Below, one piece after another: positions 34,214-46,561 of a DNA stretch of 64,000 nucleotides; positions within the stretch are counted from its first letter, which is position 1, and each line of letters opens with the position of its first letter. The position numbers and the translations under genes were made by a program. The DNA lies in NCBI GenBank assembly GCA_964035545.1, contig OZ037773.1, forward strand, positions 10,011,751-10,075,750, written 5' to 3'. Source of the stretch: Bugula neritina. Taxonomy: Eukaryota > Animalia > Bryozoa. The notes under the pieces are model-generated. The model saw nothing but the letters and a program-made list of their open reading frames with translations, searched no databases and was not told where the DNA came from.

Positions 34214-35788
34214 TCAAATTATTTTGTAAAACAAGATGTGATTGGCTGAAGAGGTCATAGCAGCTGATTTAGAGATCATTCCCAATCTTAAAACTGACCG
34301 CATAACACCAATTATTAGAAAAGATGTAGAAAAAGTCACAGCCATGAGTCATGCATAATGCCTGACAGTGAACAACAGAGTAGACTACAGCCTTGGTGTC
34401 AATGCGGTAATCCTTGTAGATGTCTTTTTTGACAATCAACTTGCTGATTGAAGCATTGTTTTGAGTTCCCTCAATTTCAAAGAACTTGAGGCTTTCTGTG
34501 AAATAAAAAAAAGATTATCATAAATCAGCAATATTGTCAGTATTGGAACAAAAATTATATCTTTGTATTAAGTTTCACTATTGTTTTGTTATAAAATTTT
34601 AGCTTATAAGAAAGTTATGCCAAAAGCTATTGATTGAAATGCTTTGTTGATCTTAGCAACACACCTTAGCAACATATTCTAGCAACACACCTTAGCAACA
34701 TATTATTCTAGTAACACACCTTAGTAATATGACCTAGCAACACTCCTTAGCAACACACCTTAGCAACATGCTATAGAAACATACTTTAGCAACATACCCT
34801 ATAGCAACATGCTCTAGCAACATGACCTAGCAAACAATCTAGCAACACTCCTTAGCAACATGCTATAGCAACACCCCTTAGCAACATATCCTAGCAACAC
34901 ACCTTGGCAACACACCTTAGCAGCATACCTTAGCAACATACCCTAGCAGCATACCCTATTAAATAACCTAGCAACATGCTATAGCAACACATTTTAGCAA
35001 CACACCCTAGCAACATGCCTTATATAGCAACATACCCTAGCAACATATTTCAGTGACATATAGTGCTACATAATCGGGCTGATAGTATTAAAGCCTTAAA
35101 ACTGCAATCTTAGTATAAGCAATAATAAAGCATGAAACAATGACAGTTTAACAGCAACTTTTGAGAGTTTAAAGTATTCTGAACAGCTCAATTTTCTCTG
35201 GAGGTCGTGACGGTAATTCTCGAGACTATAACCTAAATACCACTATAGTTCTTTTTGTAAATTGAAATGACAACTTCCTAGAATTACCAGAGGATTGAAG
35301 TGTCACAAGTTTGTTGTGCAGTTCTTTCTTTGTTAAGCCAGGTGGTTCGTTTTTAGATCTGGGATGCTTTTCTCCTTTAGCTAGAAGTACAAGATTAGTA
35401 TTTATAACATTTGAAAACCAATAATACAATACTGGAAGGATCTGAAACTGTAAACTAATTTATTATATGTAATACATATATATGTGTGTGCTTGTGCCTG
35501 TGCCTGTGTGTGTGTGTGTGTGTGTTTGCGTGTGTTTTATATGAGTGTGTGTGTGAGAGTGTGTGATGTGTTTGTGTGAGTGGGTGTGTGTTTGTTTTCA
35601 AAGCTTCTGCTTGCACTTATAACAAAGCATTACTTTAATAAAATGCCCTTCTAACAATACTAACAGCACATCAGCAGCAAACAAATGAAATCAACAGAGA
35701 AGATTAATCAAATATTACCTGCAATCAGGAGAGCAATGCTTCCAAACACTAAAAATGCTAGCAGCAGGTGACTAGTCTTCATGGCCAT
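34214..35788 (-). CDS. Small secreted protein with a PAN/apple-like Cys domain, paralogous to the C-terminus of the neighbouring chitin-binding gene
   Basis: Exon 35788-35719 MAMKTSHLLLAFLVFGSIALLIA; exon about 35380-35288 AKGEKHPRSKNEPPGLTKKELHNKLVTLQSS; exon 34495-34214 ESLKFFEIEG...VYSVVHCQALCMTHGCDFFYIFSNNCVMRS...LFYKII*. An extra internal exon near 35232-35150 is possible. Confidence 0.7.
34652..35046. repeat. Degenerate 13-bp minisatellite with TAGCAAC core, about 30 units
   Basis: cttagcaacacac-type units. Confidence 0.9.
35483..35592. repeat. Imperfect (GT)n microsatellite
   Basis: Direct reading. Confidence 0.85.
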
Positions 35789-36574
35789 GATGAGAGTATT
35801 TCTGTATTTACTGAAGATAACCGACTGATATTAAATACAAGTTTCAGAGTTCATTAGAACTTTCTACACATCCTGCTTTGATTGATTTAACATGATTGCT
35901 AGCTATACTTTCAGCTGTCCTGCTTAACTAACATCATTTAAAACACAGGAAGCTGTTAAGTCTTTGATGTGAGAAGTGCATATATAGTTATACTGCTAGA
36001 GAAATGTTCAGGTTTGCAAAGAAGTAAAGTTCAAAGTTTTGTATTGGAAATGGTCAACGGAATTCACATTTTCACACAAACCTCTGTAGCTTTTTTAACA
36101 TTGATTTGCTTTTTGTTTAAAGAACCTAAACATCTAGATAATTTCCATTCAAGCAAAGATACTACATGCTTTTAATTAAACGAAACAGAAAAACATGCGT
36201 GAGCTATGATGCTCGGCAGTTAAGATGGGATGCAAACAGTCATGCCTACAGTAAATTGTAATATGAAAAAGCAATAATCTGCTGTTGGTTAAAAAATGTG
36301 CTGCGTTAAGAAATTGTCAAACTCTTTCTTTGACATTTATAGCATATTATAGAACTGTTGCAAAAATTTTCCCTTCTAGTTTTAATTTGCAATCTGATTC
36401 TTTAGCAAAATTTTAATTATAACTTTTATTTTCAGGAACATAGTATTAGACTAAACATATAGCTGGATTTATTTATTTTTATATTACCTTTTATACAATA
36501 AAATATTCATATTTATAAAATCTATTTGTAAAATATTTGTAAACAAAATAATCAGTTATATTGCCGTAGTTTCT

Positions 36575-37452
36575 CTAATCATCCTTGATGTCAATGTATC
36601 TTCTGTCATCTCCATCATCATCTCTGCACCAACAGAGGTCGTCATCGTCATCACAATCTCCGCTGTCGAATCTGTCATTGTCATCATCGAGGCAGTAGGA
36701 GTTACATCCTCGTGGGTTTCGAGGGCAATAATCATCATCAGCATGAGCAGACAACACCAAACCTAAATAAATAGTTATGGTAGTTGTAAGTGAGAGTAGG
36801 TAATATGATAGTTGCTACAAGTTATAGGTAGTATAGCTGGCAATATACTGCATGATATATGTCCTTTAGACTGTAGTTATGCTAAACTTATAAAAGTATA
36901 TTCATATAGGCACAATCAGCAGGCAGTGCCTATACTGGATAAATAAAATTATGAGTGGAAAATAGCAGTCATAACAGTCAACATGCCCATCACATTGAAT
37001 ACATGATAAAACAACTTTTTTAGAAATATCGCACCTTTGAATTATGCATTTCTTATAGATTTTTAGGTTTACTATCCAAGTTTTCAATTAAGTACAAAAG
37101 TGTAAGTCAAACTTGCAAATTCATAAATGTTTTACATATAACATAACTTATATAAGTCTTACATCATCAGCAGAGTAATATTTGTGACAGAAAAGGATGG
37201 AGTTTAATTTGAAAATATTTTGTTAATTCAGTTTGTATCTACAGTTTATCATGGTAGAAAGGTTTATAGTTTTTCTGACATGCTAGATAAATTGCAGCTT
37301 ATTGCAGCATTTATGTAAAATTTATAATATAACGGCAAATATTTTTCATCCCTTTATGTCAACTGGACTAATATCAAGAAGAAGTAGATAGATTTTTGAA
37401 GCTACTTACACAATAGGACAGCTACAAGCAGAGCAATAATTGATAGCCTCAT
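36575..37452 (-). CDS. Secreted Asp-rich (anionic) CS-alpha/beta defensin-fold peptide
   Basis: Exon 37452-37410 MRLSIIALLVAVLL, phase-1 splice to 36762-36575 CLVLSAHA-DDDYCPRNPRGCNSYCLDDDNDRFDSGDCDDDDDLCWCRDDDGDDRRYIDIKDD*. Cys spacing C-x6-CxxxC-x12-C-x6-CxC with GxC. 5' UTR exon (donor about 37694) and TATA at 37744-37753. Confidence 0.8.
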
Positions 37453-40400
37453 TTTGAATTCTTTGAGTGATTCTTTTGTTTGCTTTCTAACTCTTTGCGT
37501 TCGCCTGAAAGATATATAATAACTGTGCATGGGTGCAAAACACGTTGAGTCTCAAAGGTTGGTAAAACTGTTTAAATAACCTCAAAGTAAAAAATTAGCT
37601 CAAACTACATTAGTGCAGTGTAGAGAGAAATTTTTCTCACGTTTGTGAAAGCTTGCTGACAATAAAAAGTTTGCATACAGATTTACATTCTTACCTTTAG
37701 TCTGTCTGTGTGAAGACTGTTGAAAGTTCTGAGTAAAGCTGGTATTTATATATTAGTAGAAACTTGGGCAGTTGCCAGTTGTGTACAATACAGCCAGTTT
37801 GCCTGTCAGCAAACATGGAGATAAATAACGTCTAGTGCCCACAGACAATAGGATAAAAAATAAGACAATTAATCAAACTTGCTTAACAAAAGCTGTCAAT
37901 TTAATTTGAACTTTTTGCCCATTTAAATTGTCTTACGCATGACATAAAAATAGAGCAGGGTATATAATTTATATGCTATAACTGATTACGTGACTAGTTT
38001 TAACGAAGTTTGCGTATCTATAGCCAGCTTGTATATATATAGGAAAGATTTTTTAAGTTCTTCAGTTTTTTGCATCTGATATATTTTTATCTTGATGCTG
38101 TCTGAAAAACTTTTTAATCAGACATATTTATGTAAGATAAAACAAAAAAAGTTTGAATGCTTATGTATAATTACGTTGCTTCTGATGTGTTATGTAATTA
38201 AAACAGATTCTTATAGGATTAGGCTAGTAGCAAATTGTTAAATATCATTTGATCCATTTCAATATTAAAGAATTCTGGTGAAATGCTACATCAGAGTCAG
38301 TCTTAATATTATTTCCTTAACTGTGCAGAAGTTATTCTAGTAATAGTCTTTTGAAAATTCTACCTGTGAATAAAAATAATATTTTAGCGTTTAGTATTTA
38401 TGCAGTCTTTCAGATTTTATATATAAAAATATCTTTAAATGCTATAGGGTTCCTCTGTGTAAATGTTAATTAAAACAGGTATTTTTATTTCCTTATTGCA
38501 GTGCAAGCTAGCAGACAGTTAAAATTTTTACTGTCAAAATTAGAGTAATTATACAACTGACATCTGACATCGGTTTAAGAAGTGTTTTATAGTTATACAG
38601 CATATATATATACGCTGTATATATATAAATTATAGTCACCAGGGTTGTCTACTTCCTTATTGCTTAAAACAAAAAGAGGATAAAAATAAAACATTACATT
38701 TAAAATTGGCACTTTGATGAGAGAATAAATACAATGTAGCTAAAAGACAGGCCTATAGCCTAAAATGCCACTTGTCTTAATAGTTTATTCCTTAACCGAA
38801 TAGGTTTTTGATGATATTATTTTAAGTATAATTGCAATTTGAAATGCACTGCTTGTATATATAGTAAGAAACTAATAATAATTATTTTAGCAATGAGTTT
38901 ATGAATATATTATTATATCTATTAGAAAAGTAGGTTAATTTATTCATTACAAAACTATTTCTTTAGTTTCTTAACTTCTAAAGGTAGAATCACCCTTTTA
39001 CCATGAAGAAATATAATTTTTATTATAGCAAGGATTATTTTACTTCTTTGATAAAGTTTGAAAACTATTTATAGCTGTACCGTTATTATGTGAGTTAGAA
39101 CAAACTCTCAAATAAGTTGGATGCAAATCTTCTATGAATGCTTAATTTTGATTGAGTTTGCAGCTTTGTCGGCTTCACAAAACACTTGGAAATAGAAACT
39201 GCAGAACTTCTGGCACTAACATTGCAGTTGTTGCTACTTTCTAATCATGGAAGTGGGACGTAAGTTGGCAAATGCATTGTTATTGTTTGTTGTGACGTAA
39301 AAGCTTCTGTGTTCTTACATCATTCTATAATAATTAGAGGCTGCAAATGTCTTTGTTTTACAAAAGTAAAAAACTGCAAATATAAATTATAGTTTGTTTC
39401 CAAGACTTTTCTCATTACATATAATTCCAACAGAGCAATCAACACAGTATAGTGGGGTTATTCATCAATTATTATAAATAAATATTATAAAGCAACACAC
39501 TGTAGACTTCTTCAGAGCCGAATATAAATTGACTAATAAAAAATTATGAAAAAGGCTATAACTAACACAACAATCTAAGTTATTGATTTGTCTATTGATG
39601 GAAACTTATATTTCATAAGTTCCCAAATTTATTGCCTACAGGACATTGTCTGCATGTTTATCACAATATGTAGTTTAATTTTGGCATTAAAAGCAACATA
39701 TCTATAGATTCGTTTATTTAAAATCAAGCAGAATATCAAGTGTCATTTGAGACAACGGCTCAAAGTGAAGATAAAACCAGACAGATTGATGATAGAAGAA
39801 GGCAATAAACTTGCTGCTGTCTTCATAACCTAATTCTTAGCTTTTAGCTGCAGCTTGTATATATGCTTTAATCTAACAGGCTTTTTGTTGTGCAATAAAT
39901 ACAGAATTGTAAGCTCTACAAATTTCCCAGTTAACATAAACATCATCTTTCTAATTATTTTATGCTCTACAACTCTTAACTATGACAGCATTCACCAAAC
40001 TTGATAATTAAATTATTGACTATATATTACTTACTTTCTAATCAGAAAAATAACTGTCTTCTATTGAGTAAGCAACTCTTCATAGTAAAATAAGATGTAA
40101 AAAATGGCCATAAACAGCTTTTTCACACACAAAATTGAAGAAATACTTAGTTGATGGCTTTTATCACTTGTAAAGATGCAAATATTTTAGTATATAGGCT
40201 TCTAACTCAATATGTACGTAATAATACCTAACAACATAAGATTGTGCTGAAATCTTTTAAGAACTGAACTGAACAGGTTTTTAGCTAAATATAGCATGTG
40301 GGCCATGTAGAAAATATAAGAGTGAGAGTTGGGGGTACAGTAAGAGCCCCATAAAACTTCTACCTATGACAAGAGGATTACCAATCATATTGAATGAGGG

Positions 40401-41759
40401 AGCTGTTAAGCTATATAGAATGTTGTTTCATGCGGAATTATGTCGATCAGCATTTAACTCCACTGTAATAAGTCATTAATCATAAACTGATTACCTGTCA
40501 CACATTTAATTGTTAGACTGCTATTATATAGATGATTGATTAGCTCAATATAATGTATATATACACATCCTGTTTTCATTCACGTCAGATTTGATTGTAC
40601 ACAGCGCCCACACTATTCCACCAAATTTTATCTTTTGGCATTGGGTAAGATCACTGTTAGCCTTAGGTTACATAACACTTGGTTCAAAAACACTCAAAAG
40701 AATAGAAATTATCAACAGAAAGTGACATTGTTTTACAGTGCAAAGGCCAAACACTGAGAGAATAAAATGTGCCCACATGCCCATTTTGTATACAATTTTA
40801 TGATAATTCAATTTTCTTTGAAAAGAAAACTTCCTTTTTTTAGTTTTAGACTGCATACAATGCATTTACTGCACACAAAACCTACGCAGTATATGAACTG
40901 CAATGCGCAGGTAGCTTGTAGCTATTCCAAAAGTCTTTGTATAAAAAGGACAAAGGAAATATTCTCTCTACTCTAGTTTCAGTGTGGGCAGGTGAGGTTT
41001 TATAGCTATTATTTATAATGTGTATATTATAGCTGGTGTATATTATATTAGTTTGTGTATTATAAATTACAGCGTACGTGTTATAATATTAGACGTGGTG
41101 TATATAATATATCATATCATATTGTCTATAATGACAATTTGCAGTAGGCCTATATTATAATAATGTACCGCAATTAAATCCATTGGCATAAAGCAAATCT
41201 TTTAGTATTAAAACTTATCATTTTTAAATTTTTTTAAAATAAAAAATTAAAGTGCACAATATACACAATATTTATTGACCATTTTATTGCAGTGGATTGT
41301 TTTCAACTAGATTCGGTAATCGATCACAAACCACCTTAATAGTCAAGCTCCATACAAACATTTGTATAAAACCTGCTTTTAAACAAATATACAATAAATA
41401 TGAAATAATAAAATTATAATGAAACAAAGTAGCGTTTGGTCATAAAGTGAGATCTTCATCAAATTGAAAAATACATATATTTTGCTATAGTTTGTGAATG
41501 TACTTAACTTTTTAGTTACTGAAGCCAACTATAAATAATAATTATTATTAATTTAAATTCAAATATATGTAATAGTTTACTACTCTTTTTATCTCTGCAA
41601 GCAGAAGCATGGGTAAAAGCTGTTGTAGTTTCAAGTAGCTATATAGCTGTCGTTGCGCAAGATTATCAAGTATAGTAATAATAATATATTGTTCTGATGT
41701 TTTTCAGTCAGAAAGACAGGGAAAGACAACTTCAAATACAACTCTGTCAACCAAATAAA

Positions 41760-42595
41760 ATGAAGTGTTTAGTTGGTGCTTTGATGTTGATATGCTTGCT
41801 TGGTGAGTAATAGTGTTAGCATTATGTTAATATACCATTTGGTCATAAACAGCATTTTATTGTTGCTTTAGTGTAGTTTTAATCATGAAACTTATAGCTG
41901 GTTTAATATTAAGTATATAGTAATAAAATCTCATTTATAAATATTATGTAACAACCACAATGAGCTAGAATTGAGGTACAGCAATAGTATATGTGTGCCA
42001 CTAGCATATTTTTAAATGTCTTGCAGTACTATAACAGCGTCATTTATATATGTGACCCCAATATTAATAACCTGCAAAAGTTTTCTCAGAGTGAATTGTT
42101 AGTACACGGATAGGATTTGTGGCTATGCCATTATGGTTAGGGTGACAGGTAGTCTTACCCTACCTCTGCTACAACATTCTTCTATATCCTGAGGCTATGT
42201 GCCACATTATAAGAGAATACTGTGCATCTATAGCAATCAGTTTGTAAAGTTAGCAGATGTCTTTCACCTGGTAAAGTTACAACAACCCGAACATAATATA
42301 AACTCTGAATGGCTTCATATTTTCAACCATTACTTGTCAATTTGTAGTTATCCTCCAGACAGTGAGGGGAGACAATCGCTGTATTCAAGTTAGTAAGCGT
42401 GTGTGCAAGTACACCTGTAAGTCATATGGCTATGAGAATGGTAAATGTGACTCTGCAGGAGTGTGCTTCTGCACGCAGGGAGACAACAGACGAGCCAAGA
42501 GGTTCGACATGCTGCCTAATGCTGACAGCGTTATAAATGCTGCCCGGAATGGAGTCGGGGCTCTCAGAGATTCCAGCAAAGAAGTTGGTAAATAA
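41760..42595 (+). CDS. Secreted CS-alpha/beta defensin-like precursor with C-terminal propeptide
   Basis: Exon 41760-41802 MKCLVGALMLICLL, phase-1 splice to 42348-42595 VILQTVRG-DNRCIQVSKRVCKYTCKSYGYENGKCDSAGVCFCTQGDN-RRAKR-FDMLPNADSVINAARNGVGALRDSSKEVGK*. TATAAAA at about 40940, UTR exon donor at 40992, AATAAA at 42845. Confidence 0.82.
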
Positions 42596-43239
42596 GGGTT
42601 GTCTACACCATGCTGAGGACTAAGTTACTTGAACATTACGACCTCAAAAGCTTTAGCTTATATTATATATGCTTGTACTTTTTTACATTATAATGCACAC
42701 ATATTGTGGTAATTGTTCTCTATACATCTATACTTGATTAAAAAATTTATAGGCTGTACATTTAGCATTATATATGTGCATTCAAAATTGTTATTATTAT
42801 ATTGCTTGATTGTAACTAAATTATATGATATACATACATGAAGAAATAAATATAAGGATTATTGTTGTTGGAATGACTGGTGAGAAATGAATAATATTTG
42901 TGATATTGAAAGTTGTCTTCTCTTAGCCTTAGTATTTCAAAATGTAAAGTACGTACTGCAGGTGTTGCAAACTTTATCTTTGAATACAAATATTACTAAA
43001 TATATAGTAAAAGAAGGTATTGCAGCAATTTGCACCTACTATTACAACAGATATAAAATATAGAGAAATTATGAAATTATCTTCCTTGGAAGTACTTGCA
43101 GCTCCTTTTCTGCAATGCAAAAAATGGCACGGAAATTTCTATATGACTAAAATTAGAATGGGAGAAAAATTGATGCCTAAATTCAAGAATAATTTTTTAT
43201 AGATTTTGCAGAATGTAACATTTGTTGAGTTGACCCAGC

Positions 43240-43296
43240 AGCCCCTGCAATGTAATCGGTTAGCGCGCCTGCTTGCAACCAGGAGGTCTGTGGGGG
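43240..43296 (+). mobile_element. tRNA-derived (SINE head-like) fragment
   Basis: GC-rich island: D-loop-like tgtaatcggttagcgcg, stem cctg/cagg around ttgcaa, then aggtc; no GTTCGA T-loop, so not a functional tRNA. Confidence 0.4.
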
Positions 43297-43479
43297 CAAT
43301 TATTACACATATAAGTATATAGATTGTTAAGTTTCAGACTTCTAAGATCTAAATACGAGCATAAGAGCTCATACCCAAATTAGACATGTTAACTAACACA
43401 ATTAACTAAAACAGTGAATTGGTAATTGTAATTATCTCAGCTGTCTAAGCTTTTCAAAGTTTTTTAATTTTGTCTTCAA

Positions 43480-43600
43480 TTCTGATAACTTTTACAATTT
43501 GATGGATTGATAATTTATGCCTATATTCAACAAATAGCAAAATTAGTCTTCTATCTTTAATTAGCCTTCAAATTTGTATTTAATGTGGAAGCAGCTAAGA
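43480..43600 (+). repeat. Diverged dispersed repeat, inverted copy at about 50375-50490
   Basis: tcaaatttgtatttaatgtggaagca matches the reverse complement of tgcttccacattaaatgcaaatttga, with looser similarity over about 120 bp. Confidence 0.65.
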
Positions 43601-44509
43601 TTATATTGCCTTGATAAAGAGTACAAATGACTTGGTAAACCTCAAAACAAAGAGTTGAAGTTGAGCAATTTCGCGTTTAATTTCTTGTTGCAAAAGTATA
43701 CTCATAAAATTGCAATTCTATGTCCGCCATAGTTTAATTAAACTGAACTTTATGGTAGAGAACAGAATATCATACAAATCTAAAAATATGCAATATATTA
43801 ATTACTGTATTGCTGCGTTTCCATGACATTCGAATTATGCGCATTTGCATTAACCTATAGTTGCGGTTTCATTCGATGTGACTATAGTTCCATGGGGCAA
43901 ATGAAAAAAGCCATTTGAATAATGCAATAATGGAAACGTAGTGTACGTATGATTATCAAAAATATCAATTTGAAAAATTTATCTTTAGGATTTGTGTAGA
44001 GTAATCTAGAAAAAATCATGTGATGACTGATTTAAAAAGCTTAAAGCAGGTGATTTTGCTTGATGGATAGTATTTCAGTACTAGAGGAGCGGAAATTAAT
44101 AATCTGTAGAGCTACATAGAAAGAAATCAAAGAGGGCTGTCTTTTTTTGAGTGCAGTGAGAGAAAAGAGTAATTATAATATATTAACATTAATTTATTAA
44201 ACTTCGCTGGGAAAACTATAAGTTAAAGAGTAAAATTATTATGTAAAATTAAAAAAAAATGATATTGTCAAAGAAATAGTTAACTTTAAAACACGTGCAA
44301 ACATGAGTTTAGAAAAGCATATATAACTAACTTATTTTCTGATCTAAATGATTTATTTATTTGTTTGTTTTTTTATGTTTTAAGATGCTTGAATTATTTT
44401 AACTTTTGTATTTTCTATAAACTTGTGCAAGCTGAAATGTTATTGAAAGCTTATTCCATTATTTATAACAAAATTTTGAAGTAAGTGAATATTAAAAAGG
44501 CTATGTTAA

Positions 44510-46335
44510 AACTTTTGCAGAGTATAAGAAACTTTATTTAGTAATCAATGTGAAACAGAATTATAACCAATAGTTGTGTAACACCAACAATATTTGATAA
44601 ATACTAGGTAGCTAAAAACAAATTTACTTAAACAGGTCACCAATGCCAAAGAATACAGCAGTGTAGTGAAAATTGCTTCGTGGAAAAGACTGCAGCCGTT
44701 TACAAAATTAATTTGCAACGTTCTACAGCAAAATATTGAATGGGTCGTTGTTTCCAAGAGATATTTCACTCAACATGCAGTGAGTGAATACTTCTGTATC
44801 AGGTCTGTATGTGATCTAGTAGTGTCGGGTTTGGTAACCTCTGGTGGTTTGGTGGTATGGAGCTTGATAACCTTTAGTGGTTTGGTGGTATCTGGTAGTT
44901 TGGTAGTGTGGGGTTTGGTAACCTTTGGTGGTTTGGTGGTATGGAGTTTGGTAACCTTTGGTGGTTTGGTGGTATCTGGTAGTTTGGTAGTGTGGAGTAG
45001 TTTGGTAGTGTGGGGTTTGGTAACCTTTGGTGGTTTGGTGGTATGGAGTTTGGTAACCTTTGGTGGTTTGGTGGTATCTGGTAGTTTGGTAGTGTGGAGT
45101 AGTTTGGTAGTGTGGGGTTTGGTAACCTTTGGTGGTTTGGTGGTATGGAGTTTGGTAACCTTTGGTGGTTTGGTGGTATCTAGTGGTTTGGTGGTATGGA
45201 GTTTGGTAACCTTTGGTGGTTGGGTGGTATGAATTTGTTGCATAGCGATCTAAAACATAAAACAAACTATTATTACTTCAACTTAAATTACTTACTGCAT
45301 GTTATATTTTGGAAAACTTGCTTTACTGATTACTGCTCTATAAAATCTTTCCCTCAATTCAGTAAATTTCTACATTTCTGTTAGATTAAATTACTTTCTC
45401 CCCAAATCTTCTATGCACTTCATAGAATATAAAAACCTACAGAGATGGTAGCAAATGCTAACAAAAACGTTTCTTATATAAATTATCAGAAAATGTTTAT
45501 TCATAACTATGATTAATACATTATAGAAAGAAGCAGCAAGACTTACTATGGGGGCGCTGACGCCTAGAATAAGAGGTTGAGTAACTTCCGTAGCTAACTG
45601 CACCTGTAATATAAAAGTTAGCTTATAGTTTAATGTCTTGTTATGATATGGTACAGTAAATTCAAATATATGTTCACAGAGAGAAATCAACAGCTTGAAA
45701 CTTTTCTTAGACAAACTTAGAGCTTACCGAGAGCCAATACCAGGCCGAGGATCAACAAGATTTTAGAGTCTGTAAAACAATAACATAATATAACATGCAA
45801 GTATAAAATTATTATAATGTGTGGTTCAAAAGTAATTAAAAGTTCAGATGCATGAAAGATATTATAAGAACAACTAGTAGAAAGATGAGCAATTATAACA
45901 ATATAATTTCCATAAAATATACCATGCTCCATATAGTAATGCTTTTTCTTTTTAATCTTATTTCAAGTAACTAAATAATAAGAATATATTAACTGTTATG
46001 GGTGAGAAAAAAATAAAAAATAATATTTTAGGTACTTAAAAAAAGTTTGTTTTAAGCAGCTTAATAAAAAACTATATTTTTAATCAATTATCTGGTCTTG
46101 GTAAAAAATTATTAAAAGTTGTGCTCACCCATGATAGAAGTTTAGTTGTTCACCAGCTACCAGTTGAAGATACTGCAAGCAGAATGAATATTTTAGAAAT
46201 CGACTCTGCTTATATACTCCTGGAGAAGGTTTTAATCACATGAGGCAATAGAAAGAAAGTTCCCCTTGACTCAGGAAAATATTTCACACTTCACTGACAA
46301 TTTATGATTTATCATTAATTTATCCAATTACCAGA
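44510..46335 (-). repeat. Left arm of inverted gene duplication (partner 51775-54020)
   Basis: Promoter, introns, exons and 3' UTR align in reverse complement, e.g. 46128-46200 versus 51885-51956 nearly identical. Confidence 0.9.
44816..46132 (-). CDS. Secreted Tyr/His/Thr/Gln-rich hexapeptide-repeat protein, copy A
   Basis: Exons 46132-46129 (ATG G), about 45769-45728 (DSKILLILGLVLAL), 45603-45547 (GAVSYGSYSTSYSRRQRPH) and 45249-44816 (NRYATNSYHPTTKGYQTPYHQTTRYHQTT...GYQTRHY*). Splice phase selects the YHQTT frame. TATA at about 46210-46216; poly(A) signal at about 44533-44538. Confidence 0.82.
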
Positions 46336-46561
46336 AAAACTCCAAGTCACTTTGCTATTATGATTAATGAATATTTTTGCCTATATTTAGCTCACGTCAG
46401 CCAAACCAACCAATGGGATCGTGTCTTGCTATTATTAATTGGAAAATTTAAGTTCACTTGTAAAAGTGGAAGAGTTATTATATATAGTTTCCGTATTCTC
46501 TTTGTACTACAATTTTGAAATAGCTAAGGCATGCTTATTATAGTATAGCTTGTATATATAG

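Noticed and set aside
43240-43296. Functional tRNA gene
   Set aside because: Lacks T-arm/B-box and acceptor stem.
44770-45243. TTKPPKVTKLH mucin-like ORF in an alternative frame
   Set aside because: Phase-1 splicing from exon 3 enters the YHQTT frame in both copies; openness follows from repeat units being multiples of 3.
45391-45714. Conserved ORF pair MSKKSFKLL/MSRKSFKLL (with 52424-52750)
   Set aside because: Duplicated intron sequence read through exon 3 in the wrong frame, with a non-ATG start; similarity reflects the inverted duplication.
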